64,000 bases of DNA, taken from Gammaproteobacteria bacterium. Its GTDB lineage: Bacteria; Pseudomonadota; Gammaproteobacteria; CAJXQU01. The notes beneath the pieces are model-generated. The model ran no database searches. It saw only the letters and a list, made by a program, of their open reading frames with translations, and was not told the origin of the DNA. Below are positions 1-9,364 of this stretch, piece by piece. Position 1 is the stretch's first letter, and the number at the start of each line of letters is the position of its first letter. Both the position numbers and the translations under genes were made by a program. The stretch covers positions 2,784,001-2,848,000 of the forward strand of contig CBDEGZ010000003.1 in NCBI GenBank assembly GCA_965238175.1, written 5' to 3'.

Positions 1-41
1 AAACCTTACTACGAATAACTAAAAACAGTCTGAGACCCAAT

Positions 42-1397
42 ATGCTTGAATATTTAACAGAAACCAGCGGCGCACTTTCAGGATTACTTTGGAACAATAT
101 TTTCACCCTTAGCGCACTACTCGGTATAGGGGCCTACTTGACGATCAAATTAGGCTTTATCCAATTTCGAGGCTTCAAACATTCGGTTGAATTGATCCAA
201 GGCAAGCACAGCAAAGCCGAACATATAGGTGAAGTCTCACACTTTCAGGCGCTCTCAACCGCACTCTCCGCAACCGTCGGAACTGGGAATATTGCCGGTG
301 TCGCTACTGCAATTATTCTCGGCGGACCCGGCGCATTATTCTGGATGTGGGTTACGGCTATTTTTGGTATGGCAACAAAATTTACCGAAAGCACACTTGC
401 GATCAAATTTCGAGAAGTCACTCCCAATGGTGAAATTGCCGGCGGCCCCATGTACACCTTATTAAATGGTTTGAACATGCGCCCCCTCGCAATTATGTTT
501 GCTGTATTTGCAATGGTAGCCTCTTTTGGGATCGGCAATATGGTGCAAGCAAATTCAGTCATTGATGGACTGGCTTTTATCTACCCAGAACTAAAAGAAT
601 ATCGCTGGTGGTTAGGCTTGGGAATGGCGATTCTGGTCGGCTTAGTCATCATCGGCGGAATAAAAAGAATCGCAAAAGTAGCAAGTATACTCGTCCCCTT
701 TATGGCTGTGATTTATGTAGGCGCAGCACTGCTTGTATTGATCAAAAACTACACCGCAATTCCACAAGCCTTTGGTTTGATCTTTAATAACGCGCTGAAT
801 ATTTGGGCCGTCGGTGGCGCAGCAGTCGGTGAAGCAATTCGCTGGGGTGTTGCACGCGGTTTATTTTCAAACGAAGCGGGTTTAGGCTCCTCCCCCATGG
901 CACACGCAGCTGCAAAAACAAATGAGCCAGTGCGCGAAGGCCTAGTTGCAATGTTAGAACCTTTTATAGATACATTGATCATATGCACATTGACTGGCCT
1001 GGTTATTTTGGTTTCCGGCGCATACGGAACGCAACCAGAGGAATTAACCGGCGCAGCATTTACCGCCTATGCGTTTGAACAATCACTCGGCGGATTTGGA
1101 TCAAAACTGGTTGGCTTTGGCTTAATGTTATTCGCCTTCTCGACCATGATAGCCTGGTCATATTATGGTGATCGATCAGTTAAGTTCCTGTTCGGTGACA
1201 GCGCAGTTCTCCCCTACCGAATTGTCTATGCCATTCTCGTTATGGTCGGGGCCGCCGTTCCGTTACAACTGGTATGGAACCTCGCGGATATCACCAATAT
1301 TTTAATGGCTGTTCCGAATCTACTTGGACTTGTTTTATTGGCTGCGGTGGTTAAGAAATTGAAAGGGGAATACTTTTCGGACTCAGCTGGGAAATAA
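42..1397 (+). CDS. Alanine/glycine:cation symporter (AGCS family)
   Basis: Motifs FQALSTALSATVGTGNIAGVATAI, GGPGALFWMW, RGLFSNEAGLGS, FIDTLIICTLT. Confidence 0.95.
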   Translation: MLEYLTETSGALSGLLWNNIFTLSALLGIGAYLTIKLGFIQFRGFKHSVELIQGKHSKAEHIGEVSHFQALSTALSATVGTGNIAGVATAIILGGPGALFWMWVTAIFGMATKFTESTLAIKFREVTPNGEIAGGPMYTLLNGLNMRPLAIMFAVFAMVASFGIGNMVQANSVIDGLAFIYPELKEYRWWLGLGMAILVGLVIIGGIKRIAKVASILVPFMAVIYVGAALLVLIKNYTAIPQAFGLIFNNALNIWAVGGAAVGEAIRWGVARGLFSNEAGLGSSPMAHAAAKTNEPVREGLVAMLEPFIDTLIICTLTGLVILVSGAYGTQPEELTGAAFTAYAFEQSLGGFGSKLVGFGLMLFAFSTMIAWSYYGDRSVKFLFGDSAVLPYRIVYAILVMVGAAVPLQLVWNLADITNILMAVPNLLGLVLLAAVVKKLKGEYFSDSAGK

Positions 1398-1504
1398 TCA
1401 TTAAACAAATTCATTAAGGGTTAGATTCTAGCCTATTTCAAATAAATCCCCCTATTTGTGTTTTTTCTCACAACGACATAATTCGTATTCATGTTTAAAT
1501 AAAA
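1074..1504 (+). repeat. Direct repeat copy 1 (3' part of AGCS gene plus 107 bp downstream)
   Basis: Aligns to 4353-4783 at constant offset 3279; 11 substitutions counted by eye. Confidence 0.97.
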
Positions 1505-1531
1505 TCAACTTGCAAGGTAGGTTCCTTCAAT

Positions 1532-2175
1532 ATGACTACTCGGGAAACATTACTCGCTAAGATAAAGACTCTTACTGAGCGTTATGGAACTGGGGACATA
1601 AAATACATGATGCTAACGAAGCAACAACGAGAGTAGTTTTAATTGATGAAATTCTAGATGCTTTAGGTTGGGATAAATCCCAACTTAACCCTGAAGTAAG
1701 AACGAACAGAGGGCAGTATTTGGATTATCAGTTGACAACTAACGAGATTCCTCACCTTATCGTGGAAGCAAAAAAAATTGGTCATACTTTCACTGCAACT
1801 AAAAAGCTGAGAAAAACAGAATATACCTTATCCTATGTTCAATCAGCCTTCGGACAGGCATTCGCAGAAGTTCTAGAACAGGCAAAGTCATATACAGAAG
1901 ATACACAAATTCCATATGCGGTGATTACGAATGGTGTTGAGTGGTTTTTGTTGAATCTTTTAAAGCCACCAGGTAAAACGATATCAGAATTGAAATGTTT
2001 TTATTTCGGTAATTTGTTGAGCGACGATAGTGGTATAGATTTATTCTGGAATTTATTGTCAGAACAATCAGTTTCACAAGGGGGCGCAGGGTCAGGCCTT
2101 ACAATTGACATTTTCCAGCCTCCTATTTATTCTAATCAGATGCGAATACTTTATGGACTGAATACACATGTCTAA
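1532..2175 (+). pseudogene. Frameshifted, truncated HsdR_N-like PD-(D/E)xK restriction nuclease domain
   Basis: ATG at 1532, frameshift near 1600, then NEATTRVVLIDEILDALGW...PEV...LDYQL...IVEAKK...AVITNGVEW; homology appears to end at a REP-like motif near 2083. Confidence 0.75.
2080..2116. repeat. RAYT-associated REP-like half site (GGCGCAGGGTCAGG...)
   Basis: 13 of 14 bases match GGCGTAGGGTCAGG at 6120-6133. Confidence 0.55.
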
Positions 2176-4321
2176 ACCTATATGGCTTTCTACTCCAAAA
2201 GAACAGGATAGATTGTCGCTTTTGTTTCTTATTTTAGGCATTCCTCTTTTCTTTCCTCAAATTTTTTTAGGGAAAGCTCCAGGCCCCTTTGCAGCAGGTG
2301 TTGGTGATAGCTACACATTTTTTGAACCTTACGCACGAATTTTTTTTCAAGCAATTAGTAATGGTACAAATCCTTTCTGGAGTCATGAATCTTCCTTTGG
2401 TGCTCCAACCCTGCTAACCCTTGGTACGGGTGCATTACACCCATTTCATATTTTCCACTTATTTATGTCAGATTGGCTTGCATTCGTAATTGGCTGGTGG
2501 GCACGTATCGCAATATTTAGTGCCTTTTTCTATGCTTACCTGAGAAACAGGCTTGTACGTCCATGGGTGGCGATATCATTTACTTTATCCTTAAGTTTCG
2601 GCAGCTTTTTTGTCAATTACTCACTTGAGATTATTGGTTATGTGATGGCATTTTTCCCAATGGTGCTTTACTACACAGATAAGCTCTGCGAAGAAAGCAA
2701 AGCTACTGACTTCGTTTTCTTAGTGTTAGCTATAGCAAGTATGATTTTGGGAGGGTTTCCATCGGTTATCTTATATCTACTATTGACTCTAGGTGCATAT
2801 CTTTTAGTCATGTCAAAAAACTGGAGACAATTCGTAATTATATTTTCTGCGTGTTTCACCGGTATTTTAATTGTGTTGCCAGCTATTGTTGAAACTTTAA
2901 GTTTTTACCCTAGCACAGGGTATGACCCCGAACAGCGAAAACTACTGTTTTTTTACGATCCTCCCTCAATAACAGCTTTAAACTTACTAATCCCGTCAGT
3001 TTTTGGTAATATCCACGAGTATTCGATGGCTGGCATGCGTGACTACTTCGGCAGTTTGCTTGGTGCTGGAATTCTGACCTTACCGTTAGCTACAATATTC
3101 GGTCTTTACTCGATCATCGTGAAAAAATATCTCAACAGAGAAATAACTTTTTGGCTGGTTGTTTTAATTTTTTGCTTGGTAGCATACTTTAATATTTTTG
3201 AAGTGAAGCAACTCCTTAAATATGTACCCATATTAAACGAACATCCTTTTACACGGTTACAAACATTGATCACATTAGCATCAGTATCGTGCTCTGCCTT
3301 GTTACTGGAACATTTGTTACGGTTACGAATTAATCCCCGCCATTGGTACACGCTTTTAGGTTTGCTGGTACTGACTCTCTTCTGTACCTATGGCTATACA
3401 GTAATAACAGTAAAAGCTGAACAAACATTGATCAATTGTATTGTTTATGGAGCGATCGCTGCTCTTAGTGTTATAACATTAGCCTTAGCAATTCTACGAC
3501 CAAGCAAACATTCGAGCCTGGCATTTATTGGCTGTAATATAATCCTCGGAATAGCTACGTCAGTTAGTTACACCTACTATTTTTCTCCTAAAGATTATTA
3601 TCCCGAGAATGAGTTAATTACATACGTTAAAGAGCACCTGGTACCGGGCGCACGAATTCTCGATGTTAAAAATGCATTATATAAAAACACAGCTATTGCT
3701 TATAGTGTTCCATCTATAACTAACCATTGGTTTGTTCAACCGTCTTTACGGAATTTGGTTTACCAAGTAAGTACACACGCACCCAGCCAAGGATTAACTC
3801 ATGATGTTATCAACTCAATTGATGATAAAAAGGCATGGCCTGTCTTAAGGCAGATGCATGTACAGTTTGTATCATTACCCTATACCGAAAATCAGAAATG
3901 GATTGATTCTCATAACAACAATTCAGATTGGAAAGTGATCTCACAAAACATAAAAGGTATATCACTTTTAGAAGTGCTATATAACGACAAACCTATAGAA
4001 AACAAACTAGGTATTTCAGGTAAAGGTTATTCAGAATATATAGAACAAGCTGGCAGGATCAGCTTTAAACCAACTGAAGAGGAAGAGATTACAATCCCAG
4101 TAAGGTTTCACGATGGATGGCATATTTCAAAAGGAGCTACCGCCATAAAAACAAGTAGTGACGCACTGATAACTATATTACCCAAAAGCAATATTGAACG
4201 AGTTGAGCTTGAATATTTTCCTCGTCACTTTTACTTTCTATTAATCATAGGCCCGATTATTTTATTGTTGTTTTTTCTATCTTTAAAATACTCAGAAAAT
4301 AACAGGCAATATAATAAGTAA
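2168..4321 (+). CDS. YfhO-like multi-TM protein (putative GT-C fold glycosyltransferase)
   Basis: About 12 TM segments; N-terminal D...FEPY, PFWSHESSFGAP, LHPFH pattern; periplasmic C-domain with FHDGW and a terminal TM helix. Confidence 0.65.
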   Translation: MSKPIWLSTPKEQDRLSLLFLILGIPLFFPQIFLGKAPGPFAAGVGDSYTFFEPYARIFFQAISNGTNPFWSHESSFGAPTLLTLGTGALHPFHIFHLFMSDWLAFVIGWWARIAIFSAFFYAYLRNRLVRPWVAISFTLSLSFGSFFVNYSLEIIGYVMAFFPMVLYYTDKLCEESKATDFVFLVLAIASMILGGFPSVILYLLLTLGAYLLVMSKNWRQFVIIFSACFTGILIVLPAIVETLSFYPSTGYDPEQRKLLFFYDPPSITALNLLIPSVFGNIHEYSMAGMRDYFGSLLGAGILTLPLATIFGLYSIIVKKYLNREITFWLVVLIFCLVAYFNIFEVKQLLKYVPILNEHPFTRLQTLITLASVSCSALLLEHLLRLRINPRHWYTLLGLLVLTLFCTYGYTVITVKAEQTLINCIVYGAIAALSVITLALAILRPSKHSSLAFIGCNIILGIATSVSYTYYFSPKDYYPENELITYVKEHLVPGARILDVKNALYKNTAIAYSVPSITNHWFVQPSLRNLVYQVSTHAPSQGLTHDVINSIDDKKAWPVLRQMHVQFVSLPYTENQKWIDSHNNNSDWKVISQNIKGISLLEVLYNDKPIENKLGISGKGYSEYIEQAGRISFKPTEEEEITIPVRFHDGWHISKGATAIKTSSDALITILPKSNIERVELEYFPRHFYFLLIIGPIILLLFFLSLKYSENNRQYNK

Positions 4322-4352
4322 GCTAACTAGGCCATCCTTGCGTACTTTCGTA

Positions 4353-4676
4353 TTTGAACAATCACTCGGCGGATTTGGATCAAAACTGGTTGGCTTTGGC
4401 TTAATGTTATTCGCCTTCTCGACCATGATAGCCTGGTCATATTATGGTGTTCGATCAGTTAAGTTCCTGTTCGGTGACAGTGCTGTTCTCCCCTACCGAA
4501 TTGTGTATGCCATCCTCGTCATGGTCGGCGCAGCCGTTCCGTTACAACTGGTATGGAACCTCGCGGATATCACCAATATTCTAATGGTTGTTCCGAATCT
4601 ACTTGGACTTGTTTTATTGGCTGGGGTGGTTAAGAAATTGAAAGGGGAATACTTTTCGGACTCAGCTGGGAAATAA
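4353..4676 (+). pseudogene. 5'-truncated duplicate of the AGCS symporter C-terminus
   Basis: FEQSLGGFGSKLVG...YFSDSAGK matches 42..1397 except three residues. Confidence 0.9.
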
Positions 4677-4783
4677 TCATTAAACAAATTCATTAAGGGT
4701 TAGATTCTAGCCTATTTCAAATAAATCCCCCTATTTGTGTTTTTTCTCACAACGACATAATTCGTATTCATGTTTAAATAAAA
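4353..4783 (+). repeat. Direct repeat copy 2 of the AGCS 3' end and downstream region
   Basis: Near-identical to 1074-1504. Confidence 0.97.
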
Positions 4784-4829
4784 ATAACACTATAAAAATA
4801 CCATTTTCTTTTTACTAAGAAAAAATAAC

Positions 4830-6101
4830 ATGACTAAAAATTATGAGAGAGGATCTAGAATGAACAAAAGAAACTTGCTAAAAAAGACATTACTTCTATG
4901 CACAATTTTTTTATTGAAAATTGGAACCATATCGGCTTGCATCGTGAACTTAGATCCCAGCTATGATACTGCTCAAATACAAGCAGTCTTTAGCACGACA
5001 TGTCCAAACCCATCGGAGCATCGCACAATTGATGGTGGTAATAATACATTTTCCGTCTATGGCACCCTTGAGTTACGTGGTGATATTGATATCACGCTTA
5101 AAAATGCAAGGTTCAATCAAACCAAAACAGGCGATCCTGATGTTAGAACCCTTTTTAAAAGAGGAGGTGTTCTTAATCTTCATAACATCATCGTAGATAG
5201 AGGAAATGATGAACGTAATGGCAGCATCTCAAATAGTGCAGGTATATGGTTAGAAATCCACGATTCAACTCTTGATAGCGTTGAAGTTACAGGTGATGGC
5301 TATGGCACAGGTTTATCTATCATTGATTCTTACAATGTAACTATGACTAATATAAACGTACATGATATGAGATGGTCTACTCCTTCAACTCCCAATACAG
5401 AACAAATTTTTGGGATTCTTATCTTGAGATCAGACGACATTACTCTTCAATACTCAAGGGTCGATAGGTTACGTGGAGAATATGGAAGTGGTACTTATAA
5501 TGGGTACCAGTCGGATGGCATTGCTGCGGGTGGCACGAATAGGCTCTTTATTCTTAGTACATCAGTTGCTGAAACAGGAGAAGGCATTGATATTACAGGA
5601 TCTGATGGCAATGATGATTTTGAAATTGCTCACTCTGCGGTAATTGACCTTCATAGTTTCGGCTTTAAATTTGCTAATACAGCTACAAATGGAATAATTC
5701 GAGATTCAATCGCTATTAGAGCAGGCTGGGCTGGCTTTGTATTTAGTGGGAAAAATGGAGGTAGCCTCCAAGAAACAATAGATATGCCAGGTCCTTCAAC
5801 TGAAAACATATTGGTAGATAATTGTGAAGCATGGAATACAGGTCATAATACCAATTGGCCAACACAAGAAATCTCTGGCTTTCTTGTTTTACATGGTCTT
5901 CTAACTGGTGATCCTGACGATGATGATTATCCTGCAAACATACATATTAAAAACTCGAAAGCACTTAATGATGCAGAACATTATGGAACAATGGAGTTTG
6001 GTTTCTATAATGAACCCAATCACTATAATACTACTTACAACACAGATTCAGTTGGCCATTCAATTGAAGGAAATCGTTATTTTCATGTAGGAACGCCTTA
6101 A
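4830..6101 (+). CDS. Secreted right-handed parallel beta-helix (pectin lyase-like) protein; start may be ATG 4860
   Basis: Signal peptide; repeating strands such as GLSIIDSYNVTMTNINVHD, DGIAAGG, GEGIDITGS, FGFKFAN. Confidence 0.7.
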   Translation: MTKNYERGSRMNKRNLLKKTLLLCTIFLLKIGTISACIVNLDPSYDTAQIQAVFSTTCPNPSEHRTIDGGNNTFSVYGTLELRGDIDITLKNARFNQTKTGDPDVRTLFKRGGVLNLHNIIVDRGNDERNGSISNSAGIWLEIHDSTLDSVEVTGDGYGTGLSIIDSYNVTMTNINVHDMRWSTPSTPNTEQIFGILILRSDDITLQYSRVDRLRGEYGSGTYNGYQSDGIAAGGTNRLFILSTSVAETGEGIDITGSDGNDDFEIAHSAVIDLHSFGFKFANTATNGIIRDSIAIRAGWAGFVFSGKNGGSLQETIDMPGPSTENILVDNCEAWNTGHNTNWPTQEISGFLVLHGLLTGDPDDDDYPANIHIKNSKALNDAEHYGTMEFGFYNEPNHYNTTYNTDSVGHSIEGNRYFHVGTP

Positions 6102-6107
6102 TAAAAA

Positions 6108-6170
6108 AATCAATAGGAAGGCGTAGGGTCAGGTTAAATTGATAATCAATTCACACTGCCCCTATTGATT
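6108..6170. repeat. REP-like palindrome of the RAYT-associated GGGGTCAG/CTGACCCC type; may also terminate the convergent genes
   Basis: Outer arms AATCAATAGG/CCTATTGATT, inner AATTGAT/ATCAATT, GGGTCAG/CTGCCCC. Confidence 0.65.
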
Positions 6171-6191
6171 TACGGAAGGTTTTTACCTTAT

Positions 6192-6758
6192 CTATTGCTT
6201 TATTGTTAAAGTAAATTCACCTACTTTTTTATCAAAACTATCATACACTGTGACGAGTACATTTTTATCATTCGCTTTTGTTAGCATTTCTTTTACATCG
6301 TATTTAGTATTTAACACAACCTCCGCACAAGAATCCTGCTCTAACGCAACAACAGAATATGCTGAATCTATCCATATCAAAAAAATATTTGACCATGCAC
6401 CATTGTGAAACCTATGCCAGACACTTCCTCCTCTATCCTGCAGCGGTTTATATTCTTTTTTATCGATGTAAAACGTGAATTTTTCATGAGGTATATGAAA
6501 ACGAATTGGCTTGCCACGATAACAATGCAATCCAACCACATATAGATTACGCTTTGGAGAATAAATTATTTTTTCTTTGAAAGTATAACTAAAACCCTGC
6601 TTAGCATTTTTATCGACAGGGACAGTCCAGGCACGATCAACATTTTTTACTGAAGACGACTTTTCTTGATGAGTATATTTTGCAGCTTGGGATGAAAAAG
6701 ATACGAAGGTTATATATAACAAAGAGAATAACACTGCTGATATTTTGCTTTTCTTCAT
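6192..6758 (-). CDS. Hypothetical secreted protein
   Basis: 188-aa ORF with Sec signal peptide (…SFSSQA-A); no recognised domain. Confidence 0.7.
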   Translation of the reverse strand: MKKSKISAVLFSLLYITFVSFSSQAAKYTHQEKSSSVKNVDRAWTVPVDKNAKQGFSYTFKEKIIYSPKRNLYVVGLHCYRGKPIRFHIPHEKFTFYIDKKEYKPLQDRGGSVWHRFHNGAWSNIFLIWIDSAYSVVALEQDSCAEVVLNTKYDVKEMLTKANDKNVLVTVYDSFDKKVGEFTLTIKQ

Positions 6759-6805
6759 AACTGTCTTTTATCTGACTTGGGCTGACAAAGAAATGTTAGC
6801 CTAAC

Positions 6806-7234
6806 ATACGTTATTTTAATACTGTACGAAAACGAACGGGTTCTCGCTGGGAAGGACGCTATAAATCCTGTTTAATCGACAATGTCAACTACCTGTTCAC
6901 ACTCTATAAATACATAGAAATGAATCCGATAAAAGCTAATATTGTGACAGAATTAGAAGATTACCCTTGGTCAAGTTATCACCATAATGCATTAGGTAAG
7001 GAGGACAAACTCATTATAGCCCATACACTCTATAAGAATTTGGCAAAGACAGCGGAACAACAAACAACAGCATACAAGGCTTTGTTTGAAAGTTTAAATC
7101 TATCGACGCAAAATACCGACATTACCCAAGCAACTCAAAAAGGCGAGGTTGGTTTTCATACTAAAATGGCAGCAATATTATCAAGACCGACAAAATTAAC
7201 ATCGCACGGTGGAGATAGGAAAAGTGAAGTGTAG
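6806..7234 (+). pseudogene. N-terminally truncated REP-associated tyrosine transposase (RAYT, Y1)
   Basis: RYFN...RTGSRWEGRYKSCLID...YIEMNPIKA...DYPWSSY...GGDRKSE; HUH-containing N-terminus absent; degenerate CTG(A)CCCC-like motifs at 7241-7275. Confidence 0.85.
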
Positions 7235-7303
7235 CAACAAAATCAAGCTGGTCCCTTTATATATTGATCCCCATTATTTAACTACAGAAGAAAACAAAAT
7301 TTA

Positions 7304-8296
7304 ATGTCATATACCTCATTACCCCCGTGGCCAAAAACGTATCCTGAGACAGGCGCACGCGGATCGCTAAAACAAAATAACGAAGATTTCCGTGTCACTG
7401 AACTGCCCTTGTCATTGCCGTCAGGTGAAGGCGAGCATATTTGGTTACAAGTTAATAAAGACGGTGCAAACACCGCTTTTGTTGCGCAATGTATCGCTGA
7501 CTATGCAAGCGTCAAACTAATGGATGTCGGCTACGCAGGCTTAAAAGATCGCTATGCGATTTCTGAGCAGTGGTTTAGTGTCTATTTCCCCAAAGGTGAA
7601 GCCCCGGACTTTTTGCAGTTAGCACATGATGAATTCACCGTGTTAGCACAGCACCGCCATGTTAAAAAATGTCGTCGTGGTGATTTATTGGGCAATCAGT
7701 TCGAAATTGTGCTGCGAGATGTGGAAGGAGATCACGCGCTCATTGAAGCAAACTTATTACAGATTCAACAATATGGCGTACCTAACTATTTTGGCCCTCA
7801 ACGATTTGGGCGCGATGGTGGCAATGTTGCGCAAGGTCATTTGATGCTCACACGAGATACCCGTGGACGCCAGCAAAAAAAGAAAGGTATTTATTTATCG
7901 GCAGTCCGTTCTTTTATTTTTAATGAAATACTGGCAGATCGCATCAATAATGGGCTGTGGGGCAAGACGCTTGAAGGAGATGTGTTTGATGAGCAAGGCA
8001 TGCCGACCGGAGCGCTATGGGGGCGTGGCCGTATTAGCACCGCAACAGCAGCTGCTGACTTAGAAAATGCTATAGCTAAACGACACGCAGCTTTATGTGA
8101 AGGCATGGAGTATGCCGGCCTAAAGCAAGAGCGTCGGACGCTAGCCGCCATCCCAAAGAACATGACATGGCAATGGCTAAACGAGTCGCAACTACAGCTC
8201 AGCTTTTCATTATCCGCAGGATATTATGCGACCTCTGTCATCCGAGAAATATTAGATGCGCAAGAACCTGATAGATTTAAAGCTAGCGACAAATGA
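7304..8296 (+). CDS. truD: tRNA pseudouridine(13) synthase
   Basis: EDFRVTE, YAGLKDRYA, GNQFEI, GVPNYFGPQRFG, YATSVIRE. Confidence 0.95.
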   Translation: MSYTSLPPWPKTYPETGARGSLKQNNEDFRVTELPLSLPSGEGEHIWLQVNKDGANTAFVAQCIADYASVKLMDVGYAGLKDRYAISEQWFSVYFPKGEAPDFLQLAHDEFTVLAQHRHVKKCRRGDLLGNQFEIVLRDVEGDHALIEANLLQIQQYGVPNYFGPQRFGRDGGNVAQGHLMLTRDTRGRQQKKKGIYLSAVRSFIFNEILADRINNGLWGKTLEGDVFDEQGMPTGALWGRGRISTATAAADLENAIAKRHAALCEGMEYAGLKQERRTLAAIPKNMTWQWLNESQLQLSFSLSAGYYATSVIREILDAQEPDRFKASDK

Positions 8297-8410
8297 AAAG
8301 TCATACGTAATGTTGATAACCTCAGTTATTTCATGATCGATTTAATACGATTTGACAATATTTTAAATCGGCATAAAGCGCATTTAACAAAATTGCCATC
8401 AATAGCACGA

Positions 8411-9304
8411 TCATTCTAACGATAAGTTACGGTCACAACTAAAGCATCTTTCCTGTTGAGAGACTGGGTCAATAAACTGAAGTTCTTTTGCTAATAACTG
8501 CAATGGTGCTGAATAGTCATCTGCTGATAGCGGTTGTAATTGCGGGTAGTACTTGTCATGCAGTATCGGCCAGCCCAATGCCTGCATGTGAAGTCGTAAT
8601 TGATGGGTTTTACCCGTAATTGGATTTAATTCAAATAACGCTTTCTGATCAGATTGTTGCAGGCATCGAATCACAGAATGGCTATTGGCCTCGCCCTCCT
8701 CCGCCACTCGCATGCGAAAGTGTTGTTTGGCCCGCACGAGTCGATTTTTAACTTCCCATTCCTGCCCTATCAGTTTTTCATCGGCACTAATGTTCGCAAT
8801 TGCCTGATAGGTTTTGTGCATTTGTCGTGTTTCAAATAAATGATGGTAATGATGACGGGTGTCCGGATTAACAGAAAATAAAACCAAGCCAGCTGTGACT
8901 CTATCCAAGCGATGTAATGCTTGTAAGGCCTCAATGCCGGTGCTGCGTCGTAAGCGATTTTGCAGGCATTCATTCACATAAACACCGCCTGAGGTTACTG
9001 CTAGAAAGTGCGGTTTATAGGCCACCAAAATATGCTGATCCTGAAATATGATCGTTTCCTTAAAGGGGATGCTAGGCTCGCTTTCGACCTCCCTGTAATA
9101 GTAGATCCGTTGCTGCGGTTGGAAAGGCGATTTTGTTGTTATCAGTGAGCCATCGTAGCAGTGTACCTTGCCATCGGCGATGCGTTGCCTCCAAATCTGT
9201 GCATTAATAGTAGGGAATTTAATCACCAGATATTCCAGTACTGTCGCGATGCCGGGGTTAATCTGCGGCAAACTTAGCTTCGACGGGTACTCGGAAATTG
9301 CCAT
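8411..9304 (-). CDS. RluA-family pseudouridine synthase
   Basis: KPHFL, HRLDRVTAG, TGKTHQLRLHM. Confidence 0.9.
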   Translation of the reverse strand: MAISEYPSKLSLPQINPGIATVLEYLVIKFPTINAQIWRQRIADGKVHCYDGSLITTKSPFQPQQRIYYYREVESEPSIPFKETIIFQDQHILVAYKPHFLAVTSGGVYVNECLQNRLRRSTGIEALQALHRLDRVTAGLVLFSVNPDTRHHYHHLFETRQMHKTYQAIANISADEKLIGQEWEVKNRLVRAKQHFRMRVAEEGEANSHSVIRCLQQSDQKALFELNPITGKTHQLRLHMQALGWPILHDKYYPQLQPLSADDYSAPLQLLAKELQFIDPVSQQERCFSCDRNLSLE

Positions 9305-9364
9305 TTAATGATCCAACTATTGGCTATAGAAAGAACTTAATAGCGCCAGGTTGAGGGAGCATAT

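Noticed and set aside
1720-2175. 151-aa ORF as a complete gene
   Set aside because: Homology begins upstream across a frameshift and the C-terminus is read-through into REP-like sequence.
4338-4676. 112-aa ORF as an independent small transporter
   Set aside because: It is the duplicated symporter tail with a chance TTG start in junction sequence.
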